A stretch of 64,000 nucleotides of DNA from Chrysomallon squamiferum (GCA_012295275.1 CM022671.1:7130001-7194000), one strand, 5' to 3'. Numbered from the stretch's first letter, positions 26,578 through 41,568 are shown. Program-made: numbers and translations. The notes: generated by a model not told the origin, from the sequence alone.

Positions 26578-27900
26578 TTTTATTTTATTTTTTTTTATTT
26601 ACTTATTTTTTATTTGTTTCAAGCGAAGAGAAGACGAGAAACTGCAGATTTTCCCGGTGCCTCTATAATTCTAGACCAGATAAAAACAAAACCAAGCAGG
26701 AAGAGAGTTGGTTTCATGTCAGTCGGACCTCCAGCAAGAGGTAATTTTTCTATAAATGTTCATTTGATAGAACAGACAAACAATTTTGTACGTATCCAGT
26801 TTGGAGGTTTAATGTTAGTATGTCAACCTAAGGCATTGTTTTATTAAAATGTTCGTTTCATAGTTAAAACAGTACATTTTTATATAACTCCATGTTTTTG
26901 TTTTATGTCAGTTATTCATTCGGCCAGAGATATTTGTTTTATTAAAATGTATGTTTGATAATACAAGCAGTATATTTTGTATGCGTGTAATTTTTTTTTT
27001 TAGTGTGTTTGTCATGTCTAATCTTTAATAATAATAAAGTATGACAGATAAAAGAAATAGCTTGTGAAAATATTCAAGGCAGACATTTTTAAGATTATAT
27101 ATATATTATTTTGATGTGATTTTGTATCAGAAATGTAAAAACAAAATTCTTAACAGACTGAGTATATGATGTGTTTTCAATTATTCTGTCAATTAATGTA
27201 GATTTTTGACTGAAACTAATCTCAGAGGGAAAAGTTAATATTTGTGTACATTTGTTTTTTCAAAATGTTTTAATAGTTTCTAAATTTAAATATTATTTCA
27301 ATGAAATAATATGTTAATTATAAATATTTATTATTTTATTATATATGTATATTGTTATTAAAGGTTTTAAAAAAAAAAAAAATCATCTATTTTGTATTTA
27401 ATATTTTTGTTTTATATACATGTATATAAATGTATGTGTGAGGGGGTATGTGTATATATATATCTGTATATATCTAGCTATCTATGTTACATATTTAAAT
27501 TGTTATTTTGTTTAAGGTGCAATAAAATAAGGTTTAATTTTAAAAATAAAAAAATAATATAAAACGAAAAAGAAATCAGTTTTAATTACAGTTACAATTT
27601 ACGAAGAACAGTTAAATATATTGCAGGTCAAAACTTATTTTTGAGACATTTTTAACTCACTGATATTTTATTATTTCAGCTGGTACTCAGGTATTTGATG
27701 AAACTGGTGTTAACAGTATCGGCAAGTTGACCAGTGGGTGTCCTTCACCTTCTCTGAAGAAGAATGTATCCATGGGTTACATCCAGACACCTTTGTCAAA
27801 GGTCGGGACAAAGGTCAAGTTTGAAATTAGAAAGAAAATGGTGGACGCAGAGGTGGTCAAGATGCCTTTTGTTCCTACAAAGTACTACATTCTGAAATAA
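21866..27900 (+). CDS. AMT: Aminomethyltransferase, mitochondrial (glycine cleavage system T protein), ~406 aa, with a 1-nt frameshift in exon 2 as assembled
   Basis: Exons 21866-21955 (R/S-rich transit peptide, RLFSS), 23181-23560, 24349-24427, 25032-25177, 25860-26046, 26624-26740, 27680-27900. Motifs: [115 protein letters not shown]. Confidence 0.95.
22247..22333 (-). repeat. 87-bp dispersed repeat, copy 2 (AMT intron 1)
   Basis: Inverted copy of 17367-17453 with 3 mismatches. Confidence 0.9.
22858..23165 (+). repeat. Degenerate (TCAT/TTAT)n tetranucleotide tract abutting the AMT exon 2 acceptor
   Basis: Repeated attc/attt units up to TTACAG at 23180. Confidence 0.8.
26170..26402. repeat. 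Compound trinucleotide microsatellite (TTA/TTG/CTA/CCA)
   Basis: Direct reading; it explains the poly-L/I/Y ORFs in the track. Confidence 0.9.
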
Positions 27901-29108
27901 CTGATTGAAGTTAATCTGGCAGTCATAATGAATTCTTATGATTGTAATATCTATCTCCTGTAGTTACTGAAATCATATGGATTGTAATTAAGTAATTTTA
28001 TAATCGTTTTTGTAATAAAATTACATATATAACAGGGTATACTATTATTGTGGTGCTTTGCATTATTTTCATCTGTTTGTTATTATTTTGTTTTTTTTTT
28101 TTGTTTTGTTTTTTATATTTATATTTATATTTTATTTAATTTTAATTTTAATTTTAATTTTAATTTTAATTTTAATTTTAATTTATTTCATTTCATTTTA
28201 TTTTATTATTTTTATTATTACAATTTTGTCATAATTTTGAGATTTATATTTTGTACCTGTAAGGTAATAATCATGTTAAAAATTTCACTGAAATTTTATT
28301 TAAATAATAAGAAAAATATATGATTAAAAAATAATTATATTGCTCATGTAATGTTGTGCCTATAACTCTAAGAATGAAATTAAATAATGTTAATATTTTT
28401 GATACAAGACATAAATAAATGAAAAATAAATTACTTTATACAGTAATTAAATTATAAAGAATAAATATAATGTAAAATATTTAGTTTTTTATCATTTAAT
28501 TTACATAAAATAAAACTTTAAAAATAAATAAATAAATAAATTGTTTTTTTATCTATATTTATGCTCAACCAGACATATATTCAAAGTCATATTTTAGTAT
28601 ATAAAAAATCATATTAATTTTTACTCCTGTAATAAAAATGTAAATTTCATTAAATTAATGTCACAATTGATCTGTATTTACAAGTATTCTGTTCCATTTC
28701 TGTTTGATTTATTTTCTTGCAATTTATTTTTTTCACATGGATTTATTTCATATAACTGTTTTGTTGAAATACATTTTAAGATTTAAGTTCAAAATTGTGT
28801 ACTGTGCAATTCAAAGAAAGATTCTTTGTTAACTGCATCCTAGGCTGTTTTTGTATGAATGGCTTTTAATCATTAATGGGTTTTTTATGGGTATTTTTAT
28901 AATAAAATTTTATAAGCTTTTAAAAGCTGTACTTACACAGTGTATCAGGTCGATACAAATTTTACTGACAAGTTTTGATTTATATATTTATTGATAATAT
29001 CATTATTGATTTGTTCATTAATAATAAAATTAATAAAATTGTAATTTTTAAATGAGTTTACTTTCTTTTTCCTATATGTGTGTGTCAGTGCATGTCTGTG
29101 TGTGAATC

Positions 29109-29164
<56 letters not shown>

Positions 29165-29618
29165 TGTGTTTGTTGCTTTCCCTTGTTTTCCCTCTATCTG
29201 AATGTCTATATCGTATTTAGTGTAACTTGTAAGTACAAAACTCTATTAAGACTGAGTTTCCAATGATTTATCTTGAAACAACAACCAAAAAGAACTAACA
29301 AAAAACAATATTGTACTTAAATTATTACATGTATTAATATGTATGTGTGCGTGTGTGTGGTCAGTTATTTTTAAATAATTGTGCTGGCATAGATTTTGTT
29401 TCAGAGTAAATATACTTCATAGCTTGGAATGTTATACTTAAATGCTTGTTTTACTTAATGCATCAAGTCAGTTTATTATTGTTAATTAACACATGCAAAA
29501 TAGACAAGTATGTAGGTGGCCATATATGCAGAAAATCGTATATACACTCGAAAAAAAGTGTATTAATGTACTCATAAATATAAAAACTTGAGAATTATGT
29601 AATTTTATTTCCAGTATT

Positions 29619-29655
<37 letters not shown>

Positions 29656-30536
29656 CTTCTTCAGTAAATTGTTTATCAAATACTTTTTGTTTTACATAAA
29701 ACCTATATATGGTATTATACACTGAAATAAAAATAATCATGTCATAGTATGTTTTTGTTCTGTCGTTGTTATTATTATAAACAAATATTTAGCTATTTGT
29801 CTCTATCAAAGATCACTTCTAATTTTCAGATTATTATGATAATATAAATAAAGAAATAAATAAAAATATAAATATATTGCGATTAAACCATATGCAACAC
29901 ACACAATTCACACTCACACACACAAATACATACTCTCATACACACGCACGCACGTACGTAAATACCTACATGCATGCCTGCATGCATATACGGATATACG
30001 GAAATTTTGCATATTATTCACGTAAACATCCATTTTCTCAATATGCGTAGCTGCCACACACACTCAAAAAAAAAAAGTAATCGGAAACTAAAATGGACTC
30101 GTTGGTTTAAATTCTGCTGACGGTTGCAGATACCATCTTACAGAGATTTGCACTATCTTTCATTCTCATTTACTTGTGAATAAAACCTCTTCAGGTCTTA
30201 TCTCCCCTGTTTGCACAGATTTAATATTTCCGACCAATCTCTCGCCACACTTCCGTTTCAAAAGAACCTCGGATTTCCAGAGCTCTTAAGAGGCTCAAAC
30301 TCCGCTGTCTTCACTTTGGTATCAGTGAAAAAAAAAAAAAAAAAGCAAAGGCAGTGGTTTGGTAATCCTCGTTTTTCAAATCCACTGGTACTTGACCGAA
30401 AACGTAACAAAATGAGTAATAACTGTGTTGTTAATGAGCAAGTGGTTAGTGTTTGGACAGATGGAAAAACGTCAGTCTACTTACATCTGCCAACCCAAAA
30501 TGATCCTCACGGAATTTTCAAATATGTAGAAGATAT

Positions 30537-30573
<37 letters not shown>

Positions 30574-30693
30574 TGTGCATCATAAGGTCTTTTCAGATGT
30601 ATATGTTTTGTTAGTGGTTAGTTTTAGGATGTGATCTTGGCTATGGTTTTAATGGACTAAACTTCTGGAGATATATGTTAATTATTTTCGTAC

Positions 30694-30761
30694 TATTTTC
30701 AGTCTGATATTTCAGAATGGTTTTAGTTAACTCGTTGATCACCATTTATAATACATAAACT

Positions 30762-30855
<94 letters not shown>

Positions 30856-30927
30856 GAGAGAGAGTTTATTTGAATGAAACCATTGTGTCACAGACATTTA
30901 TTTATTTACGACAGCAACAGCAACTAT
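30694..30927 (+). repeat. Diverged duplicated unit containing (GA)n, copy 1
   Basis: Flanks TTCAGTCTGATATTTCAGAAT..TTAGTTAACTC..CACCATTTA and TGAAACCATT..ACAGCAACAGCAA recur at 32222-32413. Confidence 0.8.
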
Positions 30928-30982
30928 ATATATATACTGTAATAGGTTACTTGAACATCTTACCAGTGGATTTGTTTAATTA

Positions 30983-31053
<71 letters not shown>

Positions 31054-32221
31054 GTGTGTGTGTGTGTGTGTGTGTCTAAAGTATCAATGTAACAGATACA
31101 TATTAATACTCATTTTCATAAAAAAGGTTATTTGTTTGCGTCATAAGAATCTTTTCTCGAGAAGAATTATTTTTGTATTAGTCTTTCATAAGAATGATTA
31201 GTCTGACTCTCCTCTGTGAAAGGAGGTACCGAGGCATGAAGATTACGTCTGGCACAACAAAGAACATTCTGACATTAATAATTTGAAATGTATATGCAGA
31301 AGCGCGACCAGGTTTATGAGCTCCATAGAAACCTTGAATTCATTCGAGATATACGTAGTAATTACATCAGTGATATTTATTTATTTATTTATTTATTTAT
31401 ATTTATAATTTTATTATTGTTGTTGTTGTTGGTGGTGGTGTTTTGTTGTTGTTGTTGTTTATTTAGTTAGTTTGTTAGTTTTGGTAACCAAATGTTAAAA
31501 ATTTGTAACATCGAAAAGAGAACGTTCTTCAATTTATTCTAAACATGCTGTACTTGTCAGTATTTTAAAAACTTTTGCCAGCGTTAATATTTGATACTTA
31601 TGCAAGCAATTAAAATCATAAATCTATAAATTTTAAAAATTAGGAATACACTTTTTGATAAAACTGATTTTTGTAAGTGTAATTAAATAGAATTTTAAAA
31701 GTTATATTTAACACCTTCGGAAAATGGGGATAGTCATCAAGATTGTTTACGTCACACCTTAAGCAGACGTTTAATTAAAATGATATGATCTTTTTATTGT
31801 CAGATTGCTGATTTCAAAATTAATGAATACATCAAAAACCGTGACCATTGTTTAAAACAACAGTATCAACGAGAAAGATGAAAAAAAAAAAAGAAATGGA
31901 AATAGGAGCTTAACTAAAACAGCCTCTCCAAAACAGAGGAAAAAAAAAAAAAAAAAAAATTAAAAAAAATAAAAGCAAACGAAATCACCCTAATAAAACA
32001 AAAACAGCTACAGCAACAAAAACAAAAACAACATAAATAGATAAATAAATAAATAAATAAATAAATAAATTGATATGAAATGTCGAAACTATACCTTTGT
32101 TATCATTATCAACAGAAAGAACTCTACACCAGTGAATTGGCTTCACTGCCTGTTCTTTGTTAGCGAATAATGAAAAAGGAATTTTAAATATTTACTGCCT
32201 CTTGTTTAATTATCTTCACAT

Positions 32222-32285
32222 TATCTTCAGTCTGATGTTTCAGAATTGATTTAGTTAACTCACAGAACACCATTTAATACACATG

Positions 32286-32352
<67 letters not shown>

Positions 32353-32413
32353 TCTTTCAGTGAAACCATTTTGGCATATCGGTGTATTTATTTGCAACAG
32401 CAACAGCAATTAT
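32222..32413 (+). repeat. Diverged duplicated unit containing (GA)n, copy 2
   Basis: Direct repeat of 30694-30927 with a shorter GA tract. Confidence 0.8.
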
Positions 32414-33344
32414 TACAACTAGAACTACTTCTGTAATCACCATATTTACTACTACTTCTGCTACTACTATTGTTGATACTACGTCTTCTACAACAATACT
32501 ACTACTTCTATATTGCTCCTGAGACTAATAAATCCATTACCACATCTACAACAACTACTGCTGCCATAACAACAAAATGTATAACCACCGACTACTAGTA
32601 CATCTACTACTAAAAAAAGTATTGCTGTTGCTGCTGCTGTTATTATAGTACTAATATATTGCTTGTATGACTAACAAATCAATTACTACTACAACAACTT
32701 CAATTATAATTATTATCACAGCTAAATTGCATTACTATTACTACTACTACTATCATTACTACAGCTCTTGCAACTGCTACTTCTACTATTACTATTATTA
32801 TTACAACTATTGATTCGATAATACAACCCTCACTGCCAATATCATTAATGCAACCACTACTACTACTGCTACTGATGCTGCTGCTGCTGCTGCTGCTGCT
32901 ATACTTTTTCTATTACTGTCAGCAACATCATCGTTACTATCGGATTAATCAAGCAAAAAAAATCCATTTAATTAATCGACCCACAACATATTTCCATTTC
33001 TTTCTTTAGTTAGCTTCAACAGTGCAATAACAAAACTCTTCAAACGGTCCAAGTAATCATTTTAAAAACTGCAATTTTATGCTTCGGCTGTCATTACCTG
33101 CCGGTGGGTCTCTAAGCACTTTCCTAAGCACTGTCTCCATTTTCATTACCATTCTGTCATTGCCGTACCAATTACTCCGGTTAAATCATTGCCCAAATAA
33201 AATTTCTATCTGGAAATTAAAGTTTATCGAGTCGGTGCATTTCTGATAAATGTACGTCTGTCTGGGAAAGAGAGGGGGTTAGAGAAGGAAGGGGATTATG
33301 TTTGAATCTGAATCTGTTATTAATTATTATTAGCAGTAGTATTA

Positions 33345-33391
<47 letters not shown>

Positions 33392-33438
33392 TATTATTAT
33401 TATTATTATTATTACTTTATGTCTGGGTATTTTTGTAA

Positions 33439-33524
<86 letters not shown>

Positions 33525-33772
33525 TTCACAAATGTAATTTATGTGTGTGTTATGCAGTACATGTATAAAGTACTGCACGCATCTACCTTCCTAACATCCT
33601 CATTCTACACTACTCACTCATTAAATTACGTTTATAAACTAATAGCTTTTCAAAGCATTCCTCTTTAATTAATTTATAGCTGCTTGGCTGGTTTAAAAAA
33701 TAAGAACTAAATTAATTTCCTCTACCTCTATTTTATTTCTTTTTCGAATGAACCCCCCACACACACACACAC

Positions 33773-33803
<31 letters not shown>

Positions 33804-34290
33804 ATAAAGGAAGGTACGAACGAATGAATAACGTTCATCAAACCCTAAAGCATTTTGCGTGTCCTCTTATTACGTGAAGTTTTGTGTTTAATGTTGTTAT
33901 TATTACTTCTACTGCTTCCAGTATTGCTATTGCTACTACTGTATTCACTAAACAACATGTGCAACAGTTAATATTATTGCTAATAGTACTGCTTCTTCAA
34001 CAACTATTACTACTGCATCTACTACTACTACTACCTTTTCTACAACAAGAAAAAAAGTTACAAATTACTATTACATGCACCAGCACCACCGGTACAACTG
34101 CTACTACCACAACTGCTACTACTATTACTACTACACCTGTTACCTTTTCTGTACCAACAAATACAAATTCTAGTTACAATGACTACTACTTACTACACCA
34201 ACATCATCACAACCAATACCATTACTACAACTACTACTACTGTTAATACTACAACCACCATCCCTACTACACCTACCACTACTACTACTC

Positions 34291-34322
<32 letters not shown>

Positions 34323-34670
34323 GAAACACAAGAACAATAAAAATAACGGCAGAAATAACAATGACAACACCTCAAAGAATACTAATACTATTATCAAAAT
34401 TCCTACTCCAACAATAACTACTACAGACACACTACTAATAACGATAACAGCAACACAAGAACAACGAAAACAAAAACAGAACCAACGATGACAAAACCTC
34501 AAACTGTTAATACTACTATTGCTACAACAGCTACTACAACTACCGCTGCCACTACTACACCAGCTATTACTATTTCTGATTCTATTACTACAGCAGCTAT
34601 TACTATTCTTACTTATATTACTACTACAACTACATTTGTATTTATTTATTTTATTGTTGTTATTCCATTA
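32414..34670. repeat. Low-complexity region: degenerate (TAC/TAT/TGC)n tracts plus (TC)n, (CA)n and (CAA)n
   Basis: Direct reading; interrupted by unique sequence around 32940-33300. Confidence 0.7.
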
Positions 34671-35098
34671 CATTAATATCTTAAAACGCTTCCGGGGTCT
34701 GGCGCCCTTCGCACACACACACACACACACACTCGTAACTCAACGCGTTGCTGTTGCCATGCACACAGCATCCACCGCCAGCGCTCTTTAAATCTGGTAC
34801 CGAAAAAGGCAGACGAAGATACATTTTTCTCCCGCCACTTCAAACTACCAGCCATTCGAAATAATCTGCGGATATAACGGGAGAAGAAGTCCCATTCTAT
34901 TCCAGTCCACACTGGAACACGGTGAGGTAAACAAATACCAGTCTTGCTTACATCCACGGAGAAGCTTTAAAAAAGAAAGAAAAAAAAAAAAAAAAGGGAG
35001 GGAGATAAAAAAAAAAAAAAAAAAATCCATAAAGCTTGTTCGGCGAAGCTGCACTCGGCGAAGGCAGCCAGAAAGACTTAACCAGTCGAGAGACGAGC

Positions 35099-35171
35099 AT
35101 GGCGAAGCCGGGCCAGAGAATAGTAGCGATGGCTATCGATGAGAGCGAACACTCCGACAACGCATTTTTAT
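35099..35171 (+). CDS. First coding exon of a universal stress protein (UspA-like); downstream exons not found in the window
   Basis: ATG in AGCATGG context, translating MAKPGQRIVAMAIDESEHSDNAFL, then a phase-1 donor T|GTGAGT. This matches the USP beta1-alpha1 signature (hydrophobic strand-A-I-D-x-S-x-x-S-x-x-A-F-x-W). CpG-rich promoter-like sequence surrounds it (34680-35450). Confidence 0.8.
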
Positions 35172-36049
35172 GTGAGTACGTTTTAGCACTTACCAACTGT
35201 GTCGTCTGCTTGGTTATACAGCGAGCGCGTGCATTTCATTCAACACGTGTCGTCTGCAAAAAAACAGACGACAGCGGTTAACGTATTTCTATTTTTAATT
35301 CAGCGATTACTTTGTCAATATTATATTGTTTACTAGGCAAAAAAACATCACGCGCATATTCAATCGGTTATAGCGCGCGTCTGTTGAATTTGACTCTTTT
35401 TTCACGTAATATATCGTTGGTTAGGTAGAAAGTCGTCGTAAATGTTTGTCTGTAATTACAGAGCTTTTATCTTGTAAATTAAATACTATATTGTAATAAC
35501 AGGTTTTCGATTTTCACAGACACACACAACGTCTTTTGGAAAAAATCGTGTTTGTTTAGTTTCATAATACCACGTATTAAAGTCTGTTCGGCAGAAGGCA
35601 GTTGTATAAATATTTCTTTACCAAATGTCTTCTTCATTCTGTCAGGAATATACCCAGTTTTCAAAGCGACGTGGAAAAGTAATTTTAATAACTGCGCATG
35701 GTTTTATTGGCATATCCATACTTAATGTCACGAACAAAACACGTCTCTCTGAATTTTATTACAGTGTTACCTTTATGAATTCTGTCATTTACTAGATAAA
35801 CATTTATTTATTTTTCTTCAGAGAAATATTACATATTTTTAGCTTATTTTCGTCTGGGATGCTGAAGGCAATTTAAACATACCGTATACTATAATTATGT
35901 AAAGGAGTCTAAGTTTCTTTGACAGGACGAATAAATCTCTGTAAATGCTTGACTAATATAATTTATTACAATATCGTCCACAAGGTCCACAATTTTCAAA
36001 CAGTTACTGTATATGAGTATAATTTCAGACCTAAAGTTAACAGAATACA

Positions 36050-36080
<31 letters not shown>

Positions 36081-37077
36081 CACTATCACAATTTATTATT
36101 TACTGGTTGTGTATTAATATATTTTTAAAAACTCTTCACAAGAAAGTCTTTTGATAAAAAAAAATCATGTTCTTTTAATTTCACAACTGCAGGTATTGTC
36201 GTCTGCTTAACAGAAGACGTTGTTTTGTAAATAGATGACTGTAATTCAACGAGTTTGGTACTCCGAATACTATATCAATAGCGATCACTTCGAAACGTCA
36301 CTCAGAACTGTCTGGTAACTGCGCGTGCGTTTGATTTCTCACCTGTCGTCTGCTCGCAGAAGTGTCCTGATAATGAATTCAGTTATTATCGTGTTGTAAA
36401 CAATTATAAGTAGTATTACTGTGCAAATACATAATATTAATGTTTACTAGCTGTTCCGTTTTCAAAGAAACATCGCATACGAAGTACTGATAGAATTATT
36501 TATTGTTATTGATAGATATTATTGTTTTTTAAAAGTGTAGGGTTAAATTGTTTCAGGCCATTCACCATTGATTTTTTGATAATGTCATCATTTTTTTTAT
36601 ATTATTTTCTTTCATTGTTATCGAGTGATGTATGATTTTTCTATTACTGCTTGAACTACGCTTGCATAATAGATTCATATAATGTAACAGGAACTTCTAT
36701 TCCAGTACGAGTAAAGGGAAGGACAATGGACGAGTGAATCAATTTTCATTACAATACAGGATAAAACCGAACTAACAGTGAATACTGCAGTTTTATCCAT
36801 ATGTAGAATTAATCAGGCTTTTGTTGAACTGTGTGTTTATACGATGTGCATGTGTGTGTGTGTGTGGGGGGTTTATCGTATTTGTGTGTGTGTATGTATG
36901 TATTACTGTATGTATTTATGTATTTGAATGTATATTTGTATGGATATGTGTGTATTTGTGTTGTGCGTGTGTGTGTGTTTGTGTCCTGTGCAAGTGGATT
37001 AGTTACATGTATAAGATAGGGAGGCCCTGTTAAAACAAATCAGTCACTGTATAAATTTTGTATGTACTTTTACAGAC

Positions 37078-37116
<39 letters not shown>

Positions 37117-37187
37117 CACGTCTTTAAACAAGATTAATGGTAACTGTGAGAAACTTTGATAGATTAAGAAAAGACTGATTTTTTTGG

Positions 37188-37261
<74 letters not shown>

Positions 37262-38414
37262 CGCCTCCTATATACAGTTTCTCTTTCTGTGTGATTTTTC
37301 TCTTCTTTTGCTCTCTTTCTTCTTTTTTTTATTTTCCACCCTTGCTTGTCGCGCTCTCTCTGTTTCTATTCCCTTCATGTCCGCTGACTCACTAACTCCA
37401 CACGCTAAAACACAAACAAAAAAACAACTAATAATAATAAAAGAAAAACACGACAAAGAAAATTCAAAATAAACATAGAACGTTCCAGAAACGTCACGTC
37501 TGTAATGAACTCCAATTTACCACGGCAACGAACAACGACTTACGTTGTCAATGACGTGACACGTGCTGTTTCCGTGTGTCAGTGACAGCCGAGCAGTGTC
37601 CTATTAACAACCTTCACACATCAGTCACTGTCCGGGTTCCTCTCCGCTGTTAAAAATAGCAGCCACGTTTCTGAAAAAAAAACACCTGTTTCAGTGCGTG
37701 TTGTTTGTAACATAGACTAACAATAAATTTACCTAGCTTTTACAAGAACATCTACACGTGTATTCTATGGAAAACTGATAATTACTTAATTTAATGTAAA
37801 TATTATAATATATTATTTTTCTTCATCAACATCATTATCATCATCAGCAATATAATCATCATTATCATCATCAACATCATTATCATCTTCAGCAGTATAA
37901 TCATCATCATTATCATCATTATCATCATAATCATCATCATCACATCTTTATCATCATTATCGTCATCTTAAAAAAAAAAAAAAAAAAAATAATAATTAAT
38001 TTAATTCGTCGATTAGAAAATATCTCCTGCATTGATTTTATTTTTATACGGTATTTTGTCATGTTTTGCGTGTCTGGACCAATATTTTAAATAGCTTGTT
38101 GAATCGTCATTTATCTGAGGCAATAAATAAAATAAATAAGCGTAATTAAGACTGAAAAATTCAGTTAACCCTCAACCGCGCGACTCACAGACGTTTCTGG
38201 CCCCGGTACTCAAGAACATATATTATTACTTCGCTGATGCTCCGTGTTACTGATGGAAACTACGTTGACAGATCAAAACAAGATAATTTAACTCTGGGAT
38301 TCTCGACTCGCGAATTAGGAATATTTATCCCACATTCTGATTGCCGCCATACTTTCCCTGCAGTATTGAAACTATTAACCTCTGTCGATTCTCCTCAAAC
38401 TCTCAACATGTAAG

Positions 38415-38705
38415 TGGCTAAAGACATGTCAACACTGGTCGATTTTTTATGTTCGCCGAACTTAGTAAAGGCGTGTCCAAACGCGTCCACTTAACTCGCT
38501 AAAGACGTGTCAACAGTGGTCAATTTTGTATTCCACTTACATCGCTAAATGTGTGTCAGCACTAATTGATTTGTATTGCGACAGTCTTATTAAAGATGGA
38601 TCGTATATATCGCTAAAGGCGTGTCAAATCGGGACTAATGAAATATGATCGCACGTCGATTTTTATTTATCAGATGCTGCTAAAAGTGCCTCAAACTGGT
38701 TGATT
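38415..38705. repeat. Degenerate short tandem repeat (anchor CTAAAG-CGTGTCAA)
   Basis: Anchor variants at ~38418, 38465, 38499, 38544, 38590, 38612, 38678. Confidence 0.6.
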
Positions 38706-39174
38706 TGTTGTAACGATTTATTCATTATCGGATTTTGTAAATTACTTGGAAGGAGAAAATATAAACGAGTTCCATGTTGTTGTTGTTTTTAATCTTTTGT
38801 AAATTATAATATTTCATGCAAATATACAGAATCAAGAAAGAAGTATTATTTTAAACTTGGGGATTTTGTTTTCATATCGCAAATTAAGACATTACTGATC
38901 ATTTTTACTTTTAAATATTGTTAATGTTTTTGCGAAAATCAAATACCTTCCCACCTACCTATCTGCATATCTAGCAACATACCTGCCTGCTTGCCTGCAT
39001 TTCTATAAACATATTTAGTTACACACCTTTCTACACAGATACATACACACATACATTCTTACATACAAAAATACATACATTCACTCACATACTTAAATTA
39101 AGATATTTTTCATTTTGTAATCTTTTTATTATTGTATTCAGCAAAGTGTTGGTTTCTTCTTATTCTTCTTCTTC

Positions 39175-39206
<32 letters not shown>

Positions 39207-39724
39207 TTTATTTTTTCTTTTTTTTTTCAACCTTGAACATAAAAGAAAGACCTCCATTAGCTCTTGCTTTGCTCTCTGTTTACTTTATTCACAAAAGATC
39301 ACTATTTCATGTTTTTAATCACATCTTTTATTAATCCTGTAGAGTCAGTTGATTATGGTTCATCGCTGGCTGCCTGGGCTATTTTCATGCCAGTGTGTGT
39401 CCAGTGATTAATTTATCAAAGGTATATAACCTTTCCTTCTATGGAAAGCTTGTACTTAAAAAAAAAAAAAAAAAATAAAAAAAATAAAAAATGAAAACCT
39501 GTTGCTACCAGTGATTACAGATGAAATGTTTGGCTGACATTTAATAACGGTTGAGATATGTAAAAAGTAAGTGTCAGAGTGTTTGGAACCCACTGTGATA
39601 ACAACGCGTTCCTTTCCTGTTCATGTCTGACACATCTCGTTCGTTAGTCTGTAATTAACCAGGAAGTCTTTGCCCAGGTTAACAAAGCGTGGAGCCGTTA
39701 TTAATACTTAATGTCAGAAATTAT

Positions 39725-40455
39725 CCAGGTTTTAGAAAGTCACTGACAGGCCAGATTCTAAACCTGGTGTACGGAGAGACCAGGAGATGGTATGACCAGG
39801 AAGTTTTCGACGATTCTAAAACAGTATAAAGGACTTATTTTGCCCGCATTTTATTCTAAAAGCCTCTAAACCTGGTGTATTAAAGATTGATCGTTTTTGC
39901 CGATTCTAAAAGAGTAAAGATTACGTTTTAACTTATTGTATGAAGTTTGCCTCAAATTTTATTCATGTTTTAGAAAGTCACTGACAAGTCAGATACTACA
40001 CTTGCTATGTAACAAACTAAACGGCTTATCAAGAGACTGGAAGATCTTCTAACCAAAAAGCTTTTACCTAGTCTAACAGAGCAAAGATTCAGTTTTATAG
40101 TTTTTTGAATGCAGTTAATACACTTAACATTTTATTGAGCTTTTAGAAAGTCGTTTACATGTCAAACTCTAAAACTGGAATGTAGCAAACTAAACGGTTT
40201 ATTGAGAGACTGGAAGATAATTTAAACACGAAGCTTTCACATTCAGTTAGACTCAGCATTTTATTAATGTTTTGGAAAGTCATTTAAAGGCTGAAAACAC
40301 GGTATGTAACAAGCTAAATGGTTTACTGAGAGACATTTAAACACGGAGCTTTTACCGAATCTAACAGAAAAAAATATTAAGTTTTGAACTTATACTGAGA
40401 GCGGTTACACTCACCGTTTTGCTGAGGATCTAGAAAAGCATTTTCAGGCCAGACA
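39725..40455. repeat. Degenerate ~130-240 bp tandem array
   Basis: Anchor TTTTAGAAAGTC at ~39729, 39968, 40141, 40270, 40430; AAACTAAACGG-TTAT--AGAGACTGGAAGAT recurs. Confidence 0.7.
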
Positions 40456-40683
40456 TATGTAAGATACATATACGCTTGATGTTTGCTGGAAAATGACTTT
40501 AATGTAACTAACTGGGAGATTAGTTGTTCATTTATAGATCTTCCTTTAAATATGGTGATCTTCAGTTATTTATTTTGGTAAGGGAGAAGCATTGGGTACG
40601 ACGTTTTTGTCTGATGTACTAGTAAAGAAAGGGAAATAATAGTGCACTTCGTTTTGATATTATTATTATTATTATTATTACTA

Positions 40684-40731
<48 letters not shown>

Positions 40732-41259
40732 AATTATTATTATTATATTTATTAATCATTATTAGTTTATTAATTTTACCTATTATTATTATTACTTGTT
40801 ATTAGTTGATTATTTAATTAATCAATTAGTTTATTAATTTTAGTTCTATTTATTTGTTAATTTATTTATTTATTAATTTATTTATTTATTTAATGGTTTA
40901 TTTAAATTTAACACACCTAACACATATTCCATTAAATGATGAAAGTAATAACTTCAAATAATTATTTGACTGTAATTTATCAAGCATGGGAGTTATATAT
41001 ATATATTTTTTTTTTTTCGGTCAAAAACAACGTTATAATGTTAGGAAGTTATTTCCGTACAGACTTAAAACTCTGTGTTCTGGCGTTGGTTTTAAGGAAT
41101 GTTTTGCAGTGTGGCTGTTTAAACACAAGACGCTTGTATACAGCACAGCTGTCCTGTGTTAAAAGCACACTCTTGAATAGGTACGTGGAGAGCAAGACTG
41201 TTTTACAGGCTGATGATATAACAAATACAGAGCACAGTATTTAAACCTTCGACTGGATG

Positions 41260-41358
41260 TAACTGTGTATGTTGTGTGTGTGTTTCTATGTACTACGAGT
41301 GTGTACGAGTGTGTATATGTATATATGTGTGTGTATATCTGTGTGTATATGTAGCTTG

Positions 41359-41433
<75 letters not shown>

Positions 41434-41568
41434 ACATAAACATATATATGTGTGTGTGTATATGTTTATATATCTTGTATGTATGTGTGTGTGTGATATA
41501 TATGTGTGTATATATATATATATACATACATGTAGAGACACATAAATATATGTATATGTATATATGCT

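Noticed and set aside
16022-27900. ING3 and AMT as pseudogenes, or as programmed frameshift genes
   Set aside because: Each has only one indel, with otherwise intact exons and splice sites. I saw no canonical slippery heptamer with a stimulatory structure. Assembly error is more parsimonious.
10198-27900. SPS-ING3-AMT as a functional operon-like cluster
   Set aside because: Orientations are convergent and divergent and the pathways are unrelated; only the ING3/AMT shared promoter is supported.
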